Positions 26,401-38,500 of a stretch of DNA of 64,000 nt are shown piece by piece. Position 1 is the first letter of the stretch; each line of letters opens with the position of its first letter. The stretch lies in the NCBI GenBank assembly GCA_037447605.1, contig CM074813.1, positions 62,001 to 126,000 of the forward strand. The letters are read 5' to 3'. Made by a program: the position numbers and the translations under genes. Origin of the DNA: Zygnema circumcarinatum SAG 698-1b. Its lineage: Eukaryota > Plantae > Zygnematophyceae. The notes under the pieces are model-generated. The model did no database searches. It worked only from the letters and a program-made list of their open reading frames with translations, and was not told the origin of the DNA.

Positions 26401-29400
26401 GTCTGCTTGTTCACTTTCTCGTCCTGGCAGTGGTGTTGCATGTCGTTGTATCACCGCATTTTTTAGGAAAAATAAAATTCCTGTGTCTGTCGGAATATAC
26501 TCGTCCATTTTATCTTTGAAGAAAAAATTGAGGTCATGAAAAATAGTACTCTTGCGGTCGTGAGACAGTCAGATTTGCAACGCCTTGCAAAAGGAAATCG
26601 TACAATGGCATGGTTTCCAGGGTTGATCAAACGCTGAAACGCAATATGAATCTGACAGGCGTGCTACTTGGTGTGAATTGCAGCTGGCCTATCTCAAGCT
26701 GCGCAAGATGGAGATGACGCTGGATGACAAAGATGACGGGGAAACAGACCAAACCTCAGATGGTTCGAGCCCAATGGAAGAGACGGACGAGAAAAAGTCA
26801 AAACGACGCAGTGTTCTCTCTTGGCTAAAGCTTAAGGTGCCCCATCCGCACCCCCATCTCTGTATTTGAGTTGAACCTGTGCGCTATAAACGAGAGGGGA
26901 TGTCACAAAGCCTCCAACCCTTCTCGCTCCGTATCAGTCATGCTCTTTCTCGCCAGATAACCAGCAGCAGCATCGTTCGCCATGGGGAGGGGTGTGCAGC
27001 GGAGCAGCTCGCCATGGCCCGGCGAGGGCGGCGACGCGGCGGGCGGCCTCTCCGGGGGGAAGGCCTCGCGCGCGCTGTGGCCGGGGTCCCCCGGGAAGGG
27101 CGGCGACCCGGGGGAGGCCCCGCGGCGCCTCTCGAGCCCCGCCCACCGCCGCTCGGACGCGGCCGCCGCGCTCATGGCCTTCGCGGAGCCGCTCATGCAG
27201 CCCACGCAGGCGGGGGACCTCTTCAGCGTGGCCGGGAAGGCCCGCCTGCCTGTAAGGCTCTCTCTACCTTGTCTCCCTCTTCCACTGGCTCTGCCTGACA
27301 CAGAACGACGACGACGTAGTAGGTTGTTACATTCATGGTATGGATGACAAGCAAATTTACCCTGGAGAAGATGCTTGAATAAGGAAGGCGGATGTGAACT
27401 TCGTGGTCACCATGCACGGGGAACCTTTTCAAGTATCACACCTTCGTTACTGCGAAAAAGTGCAGCTGGCTTGGGAAGCAGTGACGGGGATAATTGTGCC
27501 TTAACGTTCGCATGTTTAGCTCTGATTGTCAAGTCTCTTCAAGCAAAGACTCGCTGACTCAAACTTCCTTTTTGGATGCAGAGTAATGAGAATGTTGCAG
27601 ACCAGATAGAGCTTTTGAAGGAGCAGCTAAAAATCTTGTCTGGCGAGGTAGCCATGTGCGGCAGCAACCACAAGCGGCTCTCCGAACACATGAGCCCGGG
27701 CAGCGCGGCTCAGGTCGAGGAGAAGCAGGTGCTTCCCCGACTGCCCACTCCCCGCCACGCACTGTCCGAATGCTCATTCAAACGGGGGAATATGACATGG
27801 AACTTGTTTCTCTGTTCCTTTAGGCATGAAAACCACTAGATGTCAGGCTACTCGCAGGCTGCTTGCTCGGAAGGGCAGCTGAGAAAGGGAGTCGGTGCGC
27901 TCTGGGGGAAGTCGTGGCAGGCTGAGGATGGTTTGCCTTTGATGCATTGCGTACTCGTGTAGTATTTTGTCCTTTTATGTCATCGCTGCTTCTGAGTGTG
28001 TCTGAAGCTTCATATAGTGGTTTGGGAATAATGCTTGCTCGATGTTTCCTTGATTATGTTGGGGATAGACTTATAACCAACACCGCTTCGTGCACTTTCC
28101 CTTGCAGGCTTTCAACTTGGTTTCAGTAGTGTCACCATTTGTTTTGTTGCTTAACATGACAAGTAGATGTGGTTGGTGGAGTATGGGGATTGCAGCGTCT
28201 TGAAGACGAAATCAGGGAAAAGAAGAAGCAAATGAGAGTGTTAGAACAGAAGATTGAGACTGCCCAACTCATGCAGCCCACTTCGGAAGGGGACGTCGAG
28301 GAGATGGCCAAGGTGCCCTTCTCCTCCCCTCCGCATGCAGCATGAGGATCCGCATATGGAAGGCGTGTCCAAATTTGGCCATTCTGATCGAAATTTTTGG
28401 CATTCATTGGTTATCTGAACGTGCTGATCTGATCTGAACGTTCTTTGTGCAGACGATTGCAAAGTTGAAGGCTTTGCTGAGCGAAAAGACATTTGACACG
28501 GAGGTGAGGCCCGTCTATTTCATTCTGTCATGCATTTTCTTTTTTGTTTTAGACTTTCACGTTCCTGTTTTTGTGTGGCGCCATTTGTAACAACATTTAC
28601 GCAGTTCCTGAAGACTTCTGTGGTGTTCGCTTGCAGATCATAAATGCAGATAATCGAATATTGCAAGATTCATTGCGTGCAAAGGTATACACACTAGCCG
28701 GTGCTTCATGTACTTGTATTGATTTTTCTCATCTGCCCATCAAAGGTCTATTCTGAGCCAGCCTAATTACGACAAGCGCCGTGCAAAGTCTGCACTACTC
28801 GCCGGGGCTTTTGTTCTTGTTTGCCGCTGAGCGAAGCTTGTTTCTGACGTTTATTGAGGAGCATGGCAGACGAAGCAGAACAACCGGCTGCTGGAGGAGG
28901 TGAACCTCCTGCGCGTAGAGCTGACCCGCGCTATTCAAGGGCCCGCCTACGCGAGCGGCCCGCCCTCGCCCTCGCTCGCGGCCAATGGCCACCGCGGGGA
29001 GGGGGCGGCCGCGGCCCGGGACGACCTGCAGCAGGGCCGGGACGGGGCGCCTGCTCATCTCAAGGCTGGGGACGGGTCTGACCTCGCTGATGGAGGAGGC
29101 GGAGAGCAGAAAACTATTTCATCAAATGAGCTATCAGCATTTTCTTACGTGAGTCCAAGTTGCAACTGTCAATCATTTTGAAGTTTGCTACGCGTGAATC
29201 TCCTTCCTGGAAAGCAAGTGAAGAGCCATACCAGAAAAGAGGTTCATTCGGCAGCTTGGAATTCATAGCAAGTTTATCGGAATGAACTGTGTGGTTTTGG
29301 AGAAACTGCAAAAGGTGAGCAGGTGCTTTATCTCGCTGACAACGTCTAGTCTCTGGCTGGCAAACAGACGCCGGAAGTGGATAACCTGCGCATGCAGCTG

Positions 29401-31102
29401 AGCCTGATGGCGGAGGAGCGCGACATGCTCGCCTCCCAGCAGCAGCAGCTCACTCGGGCGCTGGCGGAGGCCCGTGCGCTCGCGGTGATGCGGCCCGGCG
29501 CGGGCGGCAGCAGCCACCTGCTGGACGGTCCGTACAAGGGCGCCGCGGAGGCCCTCCCGGACGTGGCGCGCCTCGTGGAGCAGCTCGGGGCGGCGCGGGA
29601 CCGCGAGGAGAAGCTCCGTACGGCCCTGGCACGGAAGGAGACTCTGGAGGCAGAGCTGGCGGCAGCCAAAGGGCAGATGGGGACATTCACTGCTGAGGTT
29701 TCTGGGGCTTCTGAACAGTCGGACAATGCAGAAAGGCCAAGTTCTAACGGAGATGTGCAAGTGGTGCTTACCTCGCTCGAGGCAGCGTTGACGGCTAAAG
29801 CTGAACAGGTTGCCGACCTGCAGAGGGAGTTAGAGGAGGGCAAGCAGAGGGAGGCCGGCTTGGAAAGTGACCTGGCTACGATGTGGGTGCTGGTGGCGGA
29901 GCTCCGACGCCAAAGTGCCACCTCACGCGAACTTGCTCCTTTGCCTGATAGACCAAGGCCGGATAACTTTGATACCAAATCACAAATAGAAGTCCTTCAA
30001 CAGCAGCTGGCACAAGAGCACGAGCGAAACGAGGAATTGCAGACACAGTTGGCATATATGAAAGTGCGTTTAATCTCCTAATCGAAGATCCTTTTCAGTT
30101 CAGAACTTCCCATGAACATCTTTGTCTTGGATAGTATAAGCAGATTGTTATGAAGAAAATTATGTTATAGCATCGTAGAACTCCTCTTGAAGCCTCGAAA
30201 AGAGGTGGGATCCATCGGTGCAGGGCAATAGCTTGGAAAGCTTATCGTTAGCCTCGCTGGAGGAACTCGCGAATCTACATCAGGAGGCGCTGGCAAAGCT
30301 CGCTTTCTTCAAGGCAGGAACCTGCTCCCCGCCACTGCCGCCTGGTGAGCTGCTGCCAATCTTCTCTTGTACAGCATGACAGAGAGACCACTCTCTTGTG
30401 CTGCGGGTTGGCACCCTTTGGGGGGCTTAGTTGTCTGACGAAGAAAGTGGAGCAGAGGATGGTTTGCAGGTGAAGGAGCAGGAGAGACAACAAGATGAAG
30501 CAGGGTCTGCGGACAAGAGTGTGCAGGAGGGAATATGGGCCCATTTGGAGGAGTTCAAGGCGTCCACTCTATGCAGGGGTTGCTTCGAATCAGCCATCTC
30601 CACACGCCTTTTGCCCTGCGGCCACACCTGCTGTAAGCAGCTCGGCACAGCCCACCTGTCTACCCTTCAAGTTGCACGAATTTTAGTCCTGCACCTTGCT
30701 TGGGCAGGAGGGGTCGAGTCTTGCTTGGGCCTAGCCTTCTTCCTCGCAGTAGGGAAATGGGTGAAAGTCCCCGGGACCTCGTCAGACTCCTACAGAGTCC
30801 TGAATGTTTCCGTGCCTACTGAGGTTTCGGGGAAAGGGATGCTAGTCTTTCAGTTATTCGCTGCAAGGGACACGCTACTCGCAGTTTTATGCATTTCAAT
30901 TGTGGTTGCTGGCCCTCCGTCTGGAAGCACAATGATGCACTGGATGTCGGAAATTGATGATGGTACCCGTCCTGTTTTTGTGGGGATGACTCTTTCCTTC
31001 ACAGTGTGTGGAAACTGTGTTCAGTCTGCAAGCAGCTGTCCAACGTGTCTCGCCCCGATTGCAAGCTGGCAGGAGATGCCAAGTACTGCAGCTGTAACTT
31101 AG
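20487..31102 (+). CDS. Kinesin-7 (CENP-E-like, plant KIN7/MKRP type) with C-terminal C3HC4 RING finger, more than 20 exons
   Basis: [13 protein letters not shown]-loop [22 protein letters not shown], switch [10 protein letters not shown], switch [120 protein letters not shown]...PCGHTCLCGNC...CPTC is split by an intron. Confidence 0.95.
24001..24097. repeat. Degenerate 10-bp tandem repeat (TTATAAGCCC) inside a kinesin intron
   Basis: Ten units: ttataagccc atatacgccc ttgtaagccc ttataaaccc ttatatgccc gtataagccc ttaagccc ttgtaagcca ttataagccc ttagaagccg. Confidence 0.9.
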
Positions 31103-31877
31103 CCACGGTAAGAAAACTGGATTTACGTATGTGTTGTTTCGATTGACTTGCAACTTCTCCGTTTATTGTGACCACATTGTTTACGGTAACAGTGCAAATA
31201 GGTGTGAGCAATAATGGCAGACCCTTGACTGGCGACAGTTATCGAAACAGTGCAGCTGATGTCTTGATGGGATGCTGTGGGCACGAAACACAGTCGCGGT
31301 GGCCGCGCGGTGATGCGACGTGGGCTGGGTTGCTTGTGGCGCAGGTGGCACTTTTTGACGGTCTTGTGACAGTGTGAATATGGCTCCTAGGGCTCATCCG
31401 ACTCATTTTAGTGACTCATTTTTCAATAGATTTCTGATTGCGACTGGCACATTTCGTTGCTCGATTTGTTATTCGTGGTGGAGGGAAGCTGGCGGAGGAG
31501 ACAGTGTGCCGCACTCAATAAGTTGGAATAAGGGGAGGTCTTCATTGTTAGGGAGGGATAAGGAAACTAATTTTTTTCACAAAAAAAAAAAATAACTTGG
31601 GTGTCAATTTTTTACAAACTGCCGCGAGATACAGTCGACAAACTAAACCATCCTGTCCCGGGTGCGAGCACAATTACAAGGGAGGTACGCCGCGGACTCC
31701 AAGCGGAGACCGATCCTTGACTTTCGCAACGAGGGTATTGATGCTCGTCACTGAAGTGTGGCAAAGTTTTGGGCCTGACAGTGCGCGCTCTTGGAATAAA
31801 CGATGATGCGGGGAAATGAGTCTGTCGGAACAAATCGTTCATTTTGAAAACCAAGAATCAGCCCATGTTCATAGAAA

Positions 31878-34854
31878 TCAATAGGATTGCTGCGCAGATG
31901 AAGGTCGCAACTGCGCATGTCTCTTAACTTCCGCAGCGATGTAGTCCTTGAGCAGCCTATGCCCTCGATCTCTAAGGCTGGCGCGGTACTTTCTGTCCAC
32001 AAATATACGGCTCGCGTTGACGCCGGGGCAGGGGTGGTACCAGAGGCGCAGACTGTACCCGCAGTGCAGCGCTGCCTCCTCCCGCCCCGCGCGCTGCCGC
32101 CGCTCGTTGCCCGCCTCCCTGTGGCAGCCGCAGCGTCCCGTGTCTGCGTCCGTCGCCTTCTCGTCAAACCGTCCAGTTCCGCACACTCTGTCGATCAGTT
32201 CTAACTTGTTGTCCTTCCCGTAGACAAGATCTGCCATGTCCAAGAAGAGAAGTTGCAGTACTTGTCCAAATTGGAATAGGAGAAACAACTGAAACATATA
32301 TTACTCTACATCAAGCTTGTCATAAAAATGGCCATTAAAAAAGAATCACATCCGCGCGAAGGACGGCTAAAACGTTGATTCGGTTGAACTGCTAAGTTAA
32401 ATCTCTGAGAAGAAGCCGTACCTTCTACGTATCGTTCCTCTGAGTCACTTCGGAAGGCCATTTGGGACTCCCAAAGCACTGGGGCGTAGTTGCGAACCGC
32501 ACGAAAGGACGAAGCCCCGTTCAGCCACTTGGCATCTTGCTCACTGTACAGGCGGTACATTGGGACCTGCACTTCATCAAGATCACCCATGTTAGAGCAG
32601 TCTATACAGCAATTCTAAAAAAGTATATCTAGTGCTTTGCCTTTTTCCAATTTAACTCTAGGCACAATCATGCACACAACATCATTACAAAAAGGGGGGT
32701 ACTAGCGGGAAAAAGGACGGGAGTTCCAAGGGTGGATTCCGGCAGGAGTTGTCAGGATTTTCCAATATGAACCAGAGGGCCAGGGAATCCAGGTTAACAT
32801 GAGCACAATAACAACATCAAACTCATCAATTTCATAACCTGAATCAACGAGCCAGCCTGTCCATCGGAGTTTGAGTCAACCTGGCAGTCTGATCGAATTT
32901 GAACTTCAATCCACCTGAACAGATTGTTCACGTTTGAGTTGATTCACTGCCATGGTCGTTTCATTTGGTCGTCTGATTAGTTATAAGTCTGAAGTGATGG
33001 TTAGATTAACCTCGAACACTCAGACTTTGATTGATTGGAAAGCCATGCTCACTGCGGTTCCATCTGGGTGTCAGCCCGATGCTAGATTGATCTAACAGCC
33101 TCATCAATTCAAGCTGCCCGCATCAATGTTGAACCTCGAGCGATTTGGTTATCAGAATGATGCAGCTTGACTCCAATCCACACCAGATCGGACCAATGAA
33201 TCTTGTGATCCGACCATTCCAGATCAACTGCGAATTCAAATCCGGGTTGTGGCACCTCAGAATGATGTAATCTCCAAGCTTGCCAAACAATGGAGGTGCA
33301 GGAAGCACCTTGGTGAGGCAGCAATCCAAGACAGGGATCACTTTACCTTGAAGTACTTCAGCCCTTGCTCCTCCCAACGCTTCGCAGCCTCTATGGTAGC
33401 ATTCCATGCCTCACTTGTGAAGAACTGATTTCCGTCAAATGCAAGGATCCATCGAGCACCTTCGGCAATCCCATGACGCATCATCTCGTTCCGCGCTGCA
33501 TTTTGTGCTGCTTCCACAAAAGACAACCATAGTTACGTCAGGAACTGCAAAATGGACACAACCAGTAAGCCTTCACACGGTTAAATGATAGCTGCGAATT
33601 CTATTGAAGGAAAGACCGGGGAGCTGAACAGGGTTGCTGTCCACCAAAAATGACAACGGAGCACAGGTCCATGAAAAAGATTGAAACCGGACAGCTCAAA
33701 GGAGCAACTAAAACACCCAACCAAGAAGTGGACGAAGCAATAGATGAAGTGAAATATTAAAGTTGCTATATTTCATAAGGTTGAATGCGGGCAAGCAAGT
33801 CGTGTAGCCCAGATAGCCAAAGATAAAGAGAGAGAGTCCAGATGGGTCTAGCCTCACCTTCCTCCCATGTCATCTGCTCAGTACGACCTATTTTCTTGCA
33901 GTAACTTCCAATTCAGCGGCATTACGAACGCTTTCTATTTCCTTAGGCAGAACACACGTGGCATGGATTTGGCAAAAAAAAAGCATCACAGCCAGAGGTA
34001 CAAATTGAGAAGACTCGGTACTTTACAACATGGATGATTGGAAATCACATGTATAGGCTGACCTGTTACTAAATGTATCCATGAATCACGTGGAAACGCC
34101 ATGAGACTTGTAAAATTGACGCGCCTCACGATGATATCCTGCAGCCAAAGCAATTGAATGAGCCCATGGCTGACTCCGCTTCTGAGACTGCGAGGATGAG
34201 GTCATGCCCATAGGACACTTTACGCTAGATTTGCATCAGTGACTAGACGAATACGAGGGCAAAGCATATTCAAAAGCACATGTGCAAGATGCTTCATAAA
34301 AAAAAAAGGGGGGTGGGGGGGCAATAATGAACCGCAACAGTCACCTGCATAGTATAGCCCGCACGAATGAGAGCATCCAATAAGAGCGCTCGCTCAGTCT
34401 CGTTTACGATATTGTTCAGCACCCAAATCTTCCGACAGTCAGGAAAATCAGGTTCATACTTAAGGGCATATCGCGTATTTTTTAGCAGCTGTCCAAAGCA
34501 TTGCAGAGGAGGCATGTTGTTTCCGATTAATCGGTACAAAAAGAACTTAGGAGTTAATGGGTTCTTCCGTCCCGTTATCGAGGTCCCCTCTGAAGATGTG
34601 GAAAAAAACCCAATGCGGTTCTTTGAAGGCGACCGGCTGTCAGAGGTCTCTGCAGTAACGCCAACAAATTGGCCGGAGGCAAGCTCTCTTTGAACGCAGT
34701 CTCTGGTTCGTTGCAACGCTCTCATAATGTCTTCACGCAAAAAATATAGAGAGACGTAAAGCAAGCCGACGCCTAGCAACAGCAGGCTTGCATTCACGAG
34801 CCCGCATATTGAACGTGACTCAGGAGTGGTGGGATTTCGTTTGAATTTGCTCAT
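31878..34854 (-). CDS. Uncharacterised 414-aa type II membrane protein, putative GT-A-like glycosyltransferase, 5 exons
   Basis: Exons 34854-34345, 34138-34063, 33507-33347, 32566-32422 and 32230-31878 total 1245 nt and splice in frame at GT-AG sites. A single N-terminal TM helix (ASLLLLGVGLLYVSLYFL) is followed by LYRLIGNNMPPLQ..GQ, EPDFPDCRKIWVLNNI, LVTAQNAARN, ARWILAFDGNQFF, YFKVPMYR, ESQMAFRSD, YGKDNKLEL and CGYSLRL. Confidence 0.85.
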
Positions 34855-35508
34855 TGCGAGGTAAGTACGCTTCGAGAACAAGAAATAGGAAATTCCTGTA
34901 ATGTGGAAGAGGCCGACAGAATGCGGTACATTAACGACCTTTCCTTGGAGAAGATACTATAATGGCATTATCCACATTCACAGTTAAGCGCTGCCTAAGG
35001 GCTATGATGATACGCCTGTGAAAAACACGCAGTGCACGTGGTATAAAATGAATTGAAGCCTGTTGAAAAAGTCCGATTATTGGACTCCATTCATGAACCT
35101 ATCCTGCATTGCGTGGCAATACCTCCGGGACTATACGGTAGCAGTCACAAGTTCTGCATCTACAAATCCGAAATGTGAGGATGACGCACGGCCCCTACCA
35201 GGACCACGCCCTCGTCGCCTCAGCAGACCGCCCTCCCGCGCGTCCGCCCGCGCCTCCCCTGCGCGACCCCGCCCGCCATCGCCCTCGACCTCGCCCCTCC
35301 CTTTCCCTCCCTCTCGCTCTCTCTCCCTCTCTCTAGCTCTCTCTCCCTCCCTCTTCCCGCCCTTCCCCGCGGACCCCACCGTACATAGTACTGCATCGTC
35401 ACATACTGTACCGAGTGGCCCGACTTGGCGATACGATATCGATACGGAAGCGCCGAGGGGCGCCGCCGGGGGGGAGAGGGAGGAGCGCGGGAGCAGCCGT
35501 CGGTCACC

Positions 35509-38500
35509 ATGGCGGAAGGCCTCGGCCGGGCGTGGCTCGGGGGGAGGCCGGGCGTGCAGCTCATGGCCCTCTCGCGCCCTCTCAGACTGATGGCCCTGCT
35601 CGCTCCTCGCAACGCCGAAGCCATGGTTGGAAACAGGCCCTCTTGTGCGTCGCATGCTGCTGTGTGGTCCACGCGTCTGTTCCAGCTTTCCAGGCGAAGC
35701 CTCTCGGAGCGGCGAGCCCGTGCGGGTGTGGCGTGGGCGTCCATGGCGGCAGAGAAGGTGGAGCGGGGGCGCCTTGACGAGTCCTTTTACGGCGCTACGG
35801 AAGCCTCGTGGTCCTCCCTCGGGCTGGCCAGCCCCGTGGCGCAGGCGCTGGAGCAGGCGGGCTTTGACCGCCCCTCTGCCGTGCAGGTAGGTGCATGGCG
35901 GCCGACCTCATGACATGTTGGCGCATCACTGCGGAGGCTCTAAGCCCATCCGTCTGCTAGAATCCTCTCTTAACTGTTAATTTAATTGTAACGTGCGATC
36001 CTGTTCGATTCTCGAATTGTCTCCATTGTCGTTTTTGCACGAAATCGCGTAAGTATCTGCCATTCTTCTTATTTTATGAAGCTGCCAAATTCAGCATCTC
36101 AAAAAGACATTAGCACATCTGGCATGCCCCACCTCCCCTCCAATGTTACCAGGGTAGCTGAGACAGAGTTAGCACAGTTAGGAGGAGTGGCCATCTCTTG
36201 TGTAAGTTCTTGCGCTAATGCTTATCATAAAAGTCTTGTTTTGGCCTCCATAGGCCTGATAAGCCTCATATCCCGACGCTCTGCCTTTCCTGTGCCCGGT
36301 TACTGTTCTCGCTTCTTCTGCTTCATAATCACGTAACTTTTCTACCTCCGTTTCTGCCTTCTAGTCACTTTAGCTAACGGTGGAACTTGACTTGCACAGG
36401 TTTCCGCTATTCCCAGCATTCTTGCAGGGGATGACGTGGTGCTGGCAGCAGAGACAGGCAGCGGGAAGACTCTTGCATACCTCTCTCCTTTGGCCCAACT
36501 TTTACTGGCGAATGTGCAGCAAGCAGTTAAAGGCGGACAGCCATTCGCCCTTGTTTTGTGCCCAAATGCGACCCTTTGCCAGCAAGTTGCGAAGATGGCG
36601 ACAGACCTTCGCACGTTGAGGGGCACTGCACTCCTTCGAGTGCAGTCTCTCTCTGGAGGGGAGGTTAGTAGACTCCTTACAAAATGTAGCCCTTAAGTCC
36701 GCTTTTACATAGCTTGTTTTTTTCGTCGATGGGCACCTAATGAGAGACTTCAGAGGGCGAGAGAGAACTGGGGAGAGGGGAATAGCGAGAGGAAATGTAG
36801 GGATCGCGAGCATGTGTAACGGAAAAACTTAAGAGCAGATTGCGAAAGATATATGTCTTCACCTTACCTGATCCTATAGTACTGATCAGGGATTAGAGGT
36901 TTTATACAGGCTTGGCCTCTGCAACCCCCCGATCTCGTCGTAGCTACTGCAGCTGCTTTGATGAACAACCTCTTTGCTTTCGATCCCAAGCGCCATCGGA
37001 GAACCGCGTTTGTGCGCGATGTGAAGCATGTGGTGAGGAACTAAGATTTGAAATGTTATTGAATAGGAGCAATGCCACTTGACGAAGGCAGGCCTTTGAG
37101 AGGAAAGACGACGTGCAGACATTTGCCTGACGTCTTTTGTTGTTTTCTAGCCTTGAATTACGGTGCTGCTTAGTGAGGCATTTCTTATCTCTGCTTGTCT
37201 GACTAATTTTTCCTTGTCTAGTTCAATTTCAGCTTCAATACGTGCAGCAAATAGCTTAACGGCAGTGAGATCTTATGGACCTGCAGGAACTTGTTCCGAC
37301 AGTGATCAATGCATCATAATGAGTAGCGACCCTAAGAAGTTCTGGAAATGGAGTGCGGTTGTCATTGACGTACTTTTTTGTATAGCTTAAATGCTGTCCT
37401 AGGCTGTGAGCGTAAGTGGCATGACAGTATCAGCCATCAAACATACCGTACACGATGTTTGGTTTCGCTCAATTGTGTAAGCTCCCTTCTTGTGGGATTT
37501 ATCGGGACCAGGTAATAGATGAGGCTGACATGCTTCTAGGAGGTGGATATGCACGGGATGTCGGCCGGTTGCTGGCTATGCTGCGCTTGGAGGAGAAGCA
37601 GAGGGCTCTGTCAACATCCTTACAGCCGTTGATTGAACAACCATGGACAGAGTTTAAGCCGCCCGGTGACGACACGGAGGCAGCAGAACGTGGTTGTAAT
37701 GCGAATGACGAGGTAGCAGATTTGGAGGATTGGAGCTGGGCAGATGCCGAATGGAAGGACGGGTCTCAAGCGTTGAGCGAACCGCAAGGAAATTTTAATG
37801 AAATGACTGATGACAATGAAAGACGAGGAACCCATCGAGATGCAGATAGCAGTAGTTCCAGAATGACGGGTGAGGAATATAACAAAAAGGTTGGCGGAAG
37901 GAACAGCGTGAGAAGAGGAAAGCAACAATATGCACGCAGCAAACAGTACATTTTTGTGGCTGCCACTCTGCCAGGCAGTGGGAAACGGACGCCAGGGGAG
38001 ACTCTTAGAAGTCAATATCCTTCAGCCAAGTGGATCAGTGGCGAACTCCTTCACTGCAATAGCCCTCTGTAATGACACTCCCGCCTAGAGCCAATCCTAT
38101 GTTCGCCCCTAGTGCTGTAGAAATCGGATAAATCTTAGCAAAGCTGAGTCGCAGGGGGGGAACAAATTGCTTCACTCAAACCGTGAGTCATCGAGCCGGT
38201 TCGGCTTGGCATGGCTCGCTTATGAAGGGATGAAAAAAATATGGTTCTGAACTAAGTGAAGGTAGTGTGTTTTATTGCAAACACACTCCCCCCCCAGCAG
38301 TGCTACGTAGCACCCTTGAAAATTGGCAGCGGCTTGTTCGTTTATCTTTAGTAGTTCAGAAGGAAAATGAATTTCTTAGTCTCGTTTGGCTTAGATCCAC
38401 ATTGGCTTGGCTTGGCTTAGTTTGGTTCATAATTCTATCATGATGGGATGGCTCATGGCTTGGATTGGCTCACGACGCATTTGCTCCTAATTACCTTTCT

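Noticed and set aside
33855-33890. Extra small exon (GRTEQMTWEE) in the GT-like gene
   Set aside because: It would fit the frame, but direct joining of exon 2 to exon 3 gives HLVTAQNAARN, which matches the recalled YVMNNNGARN motif spacing. It cannot be fully excluded without RNA-seq.
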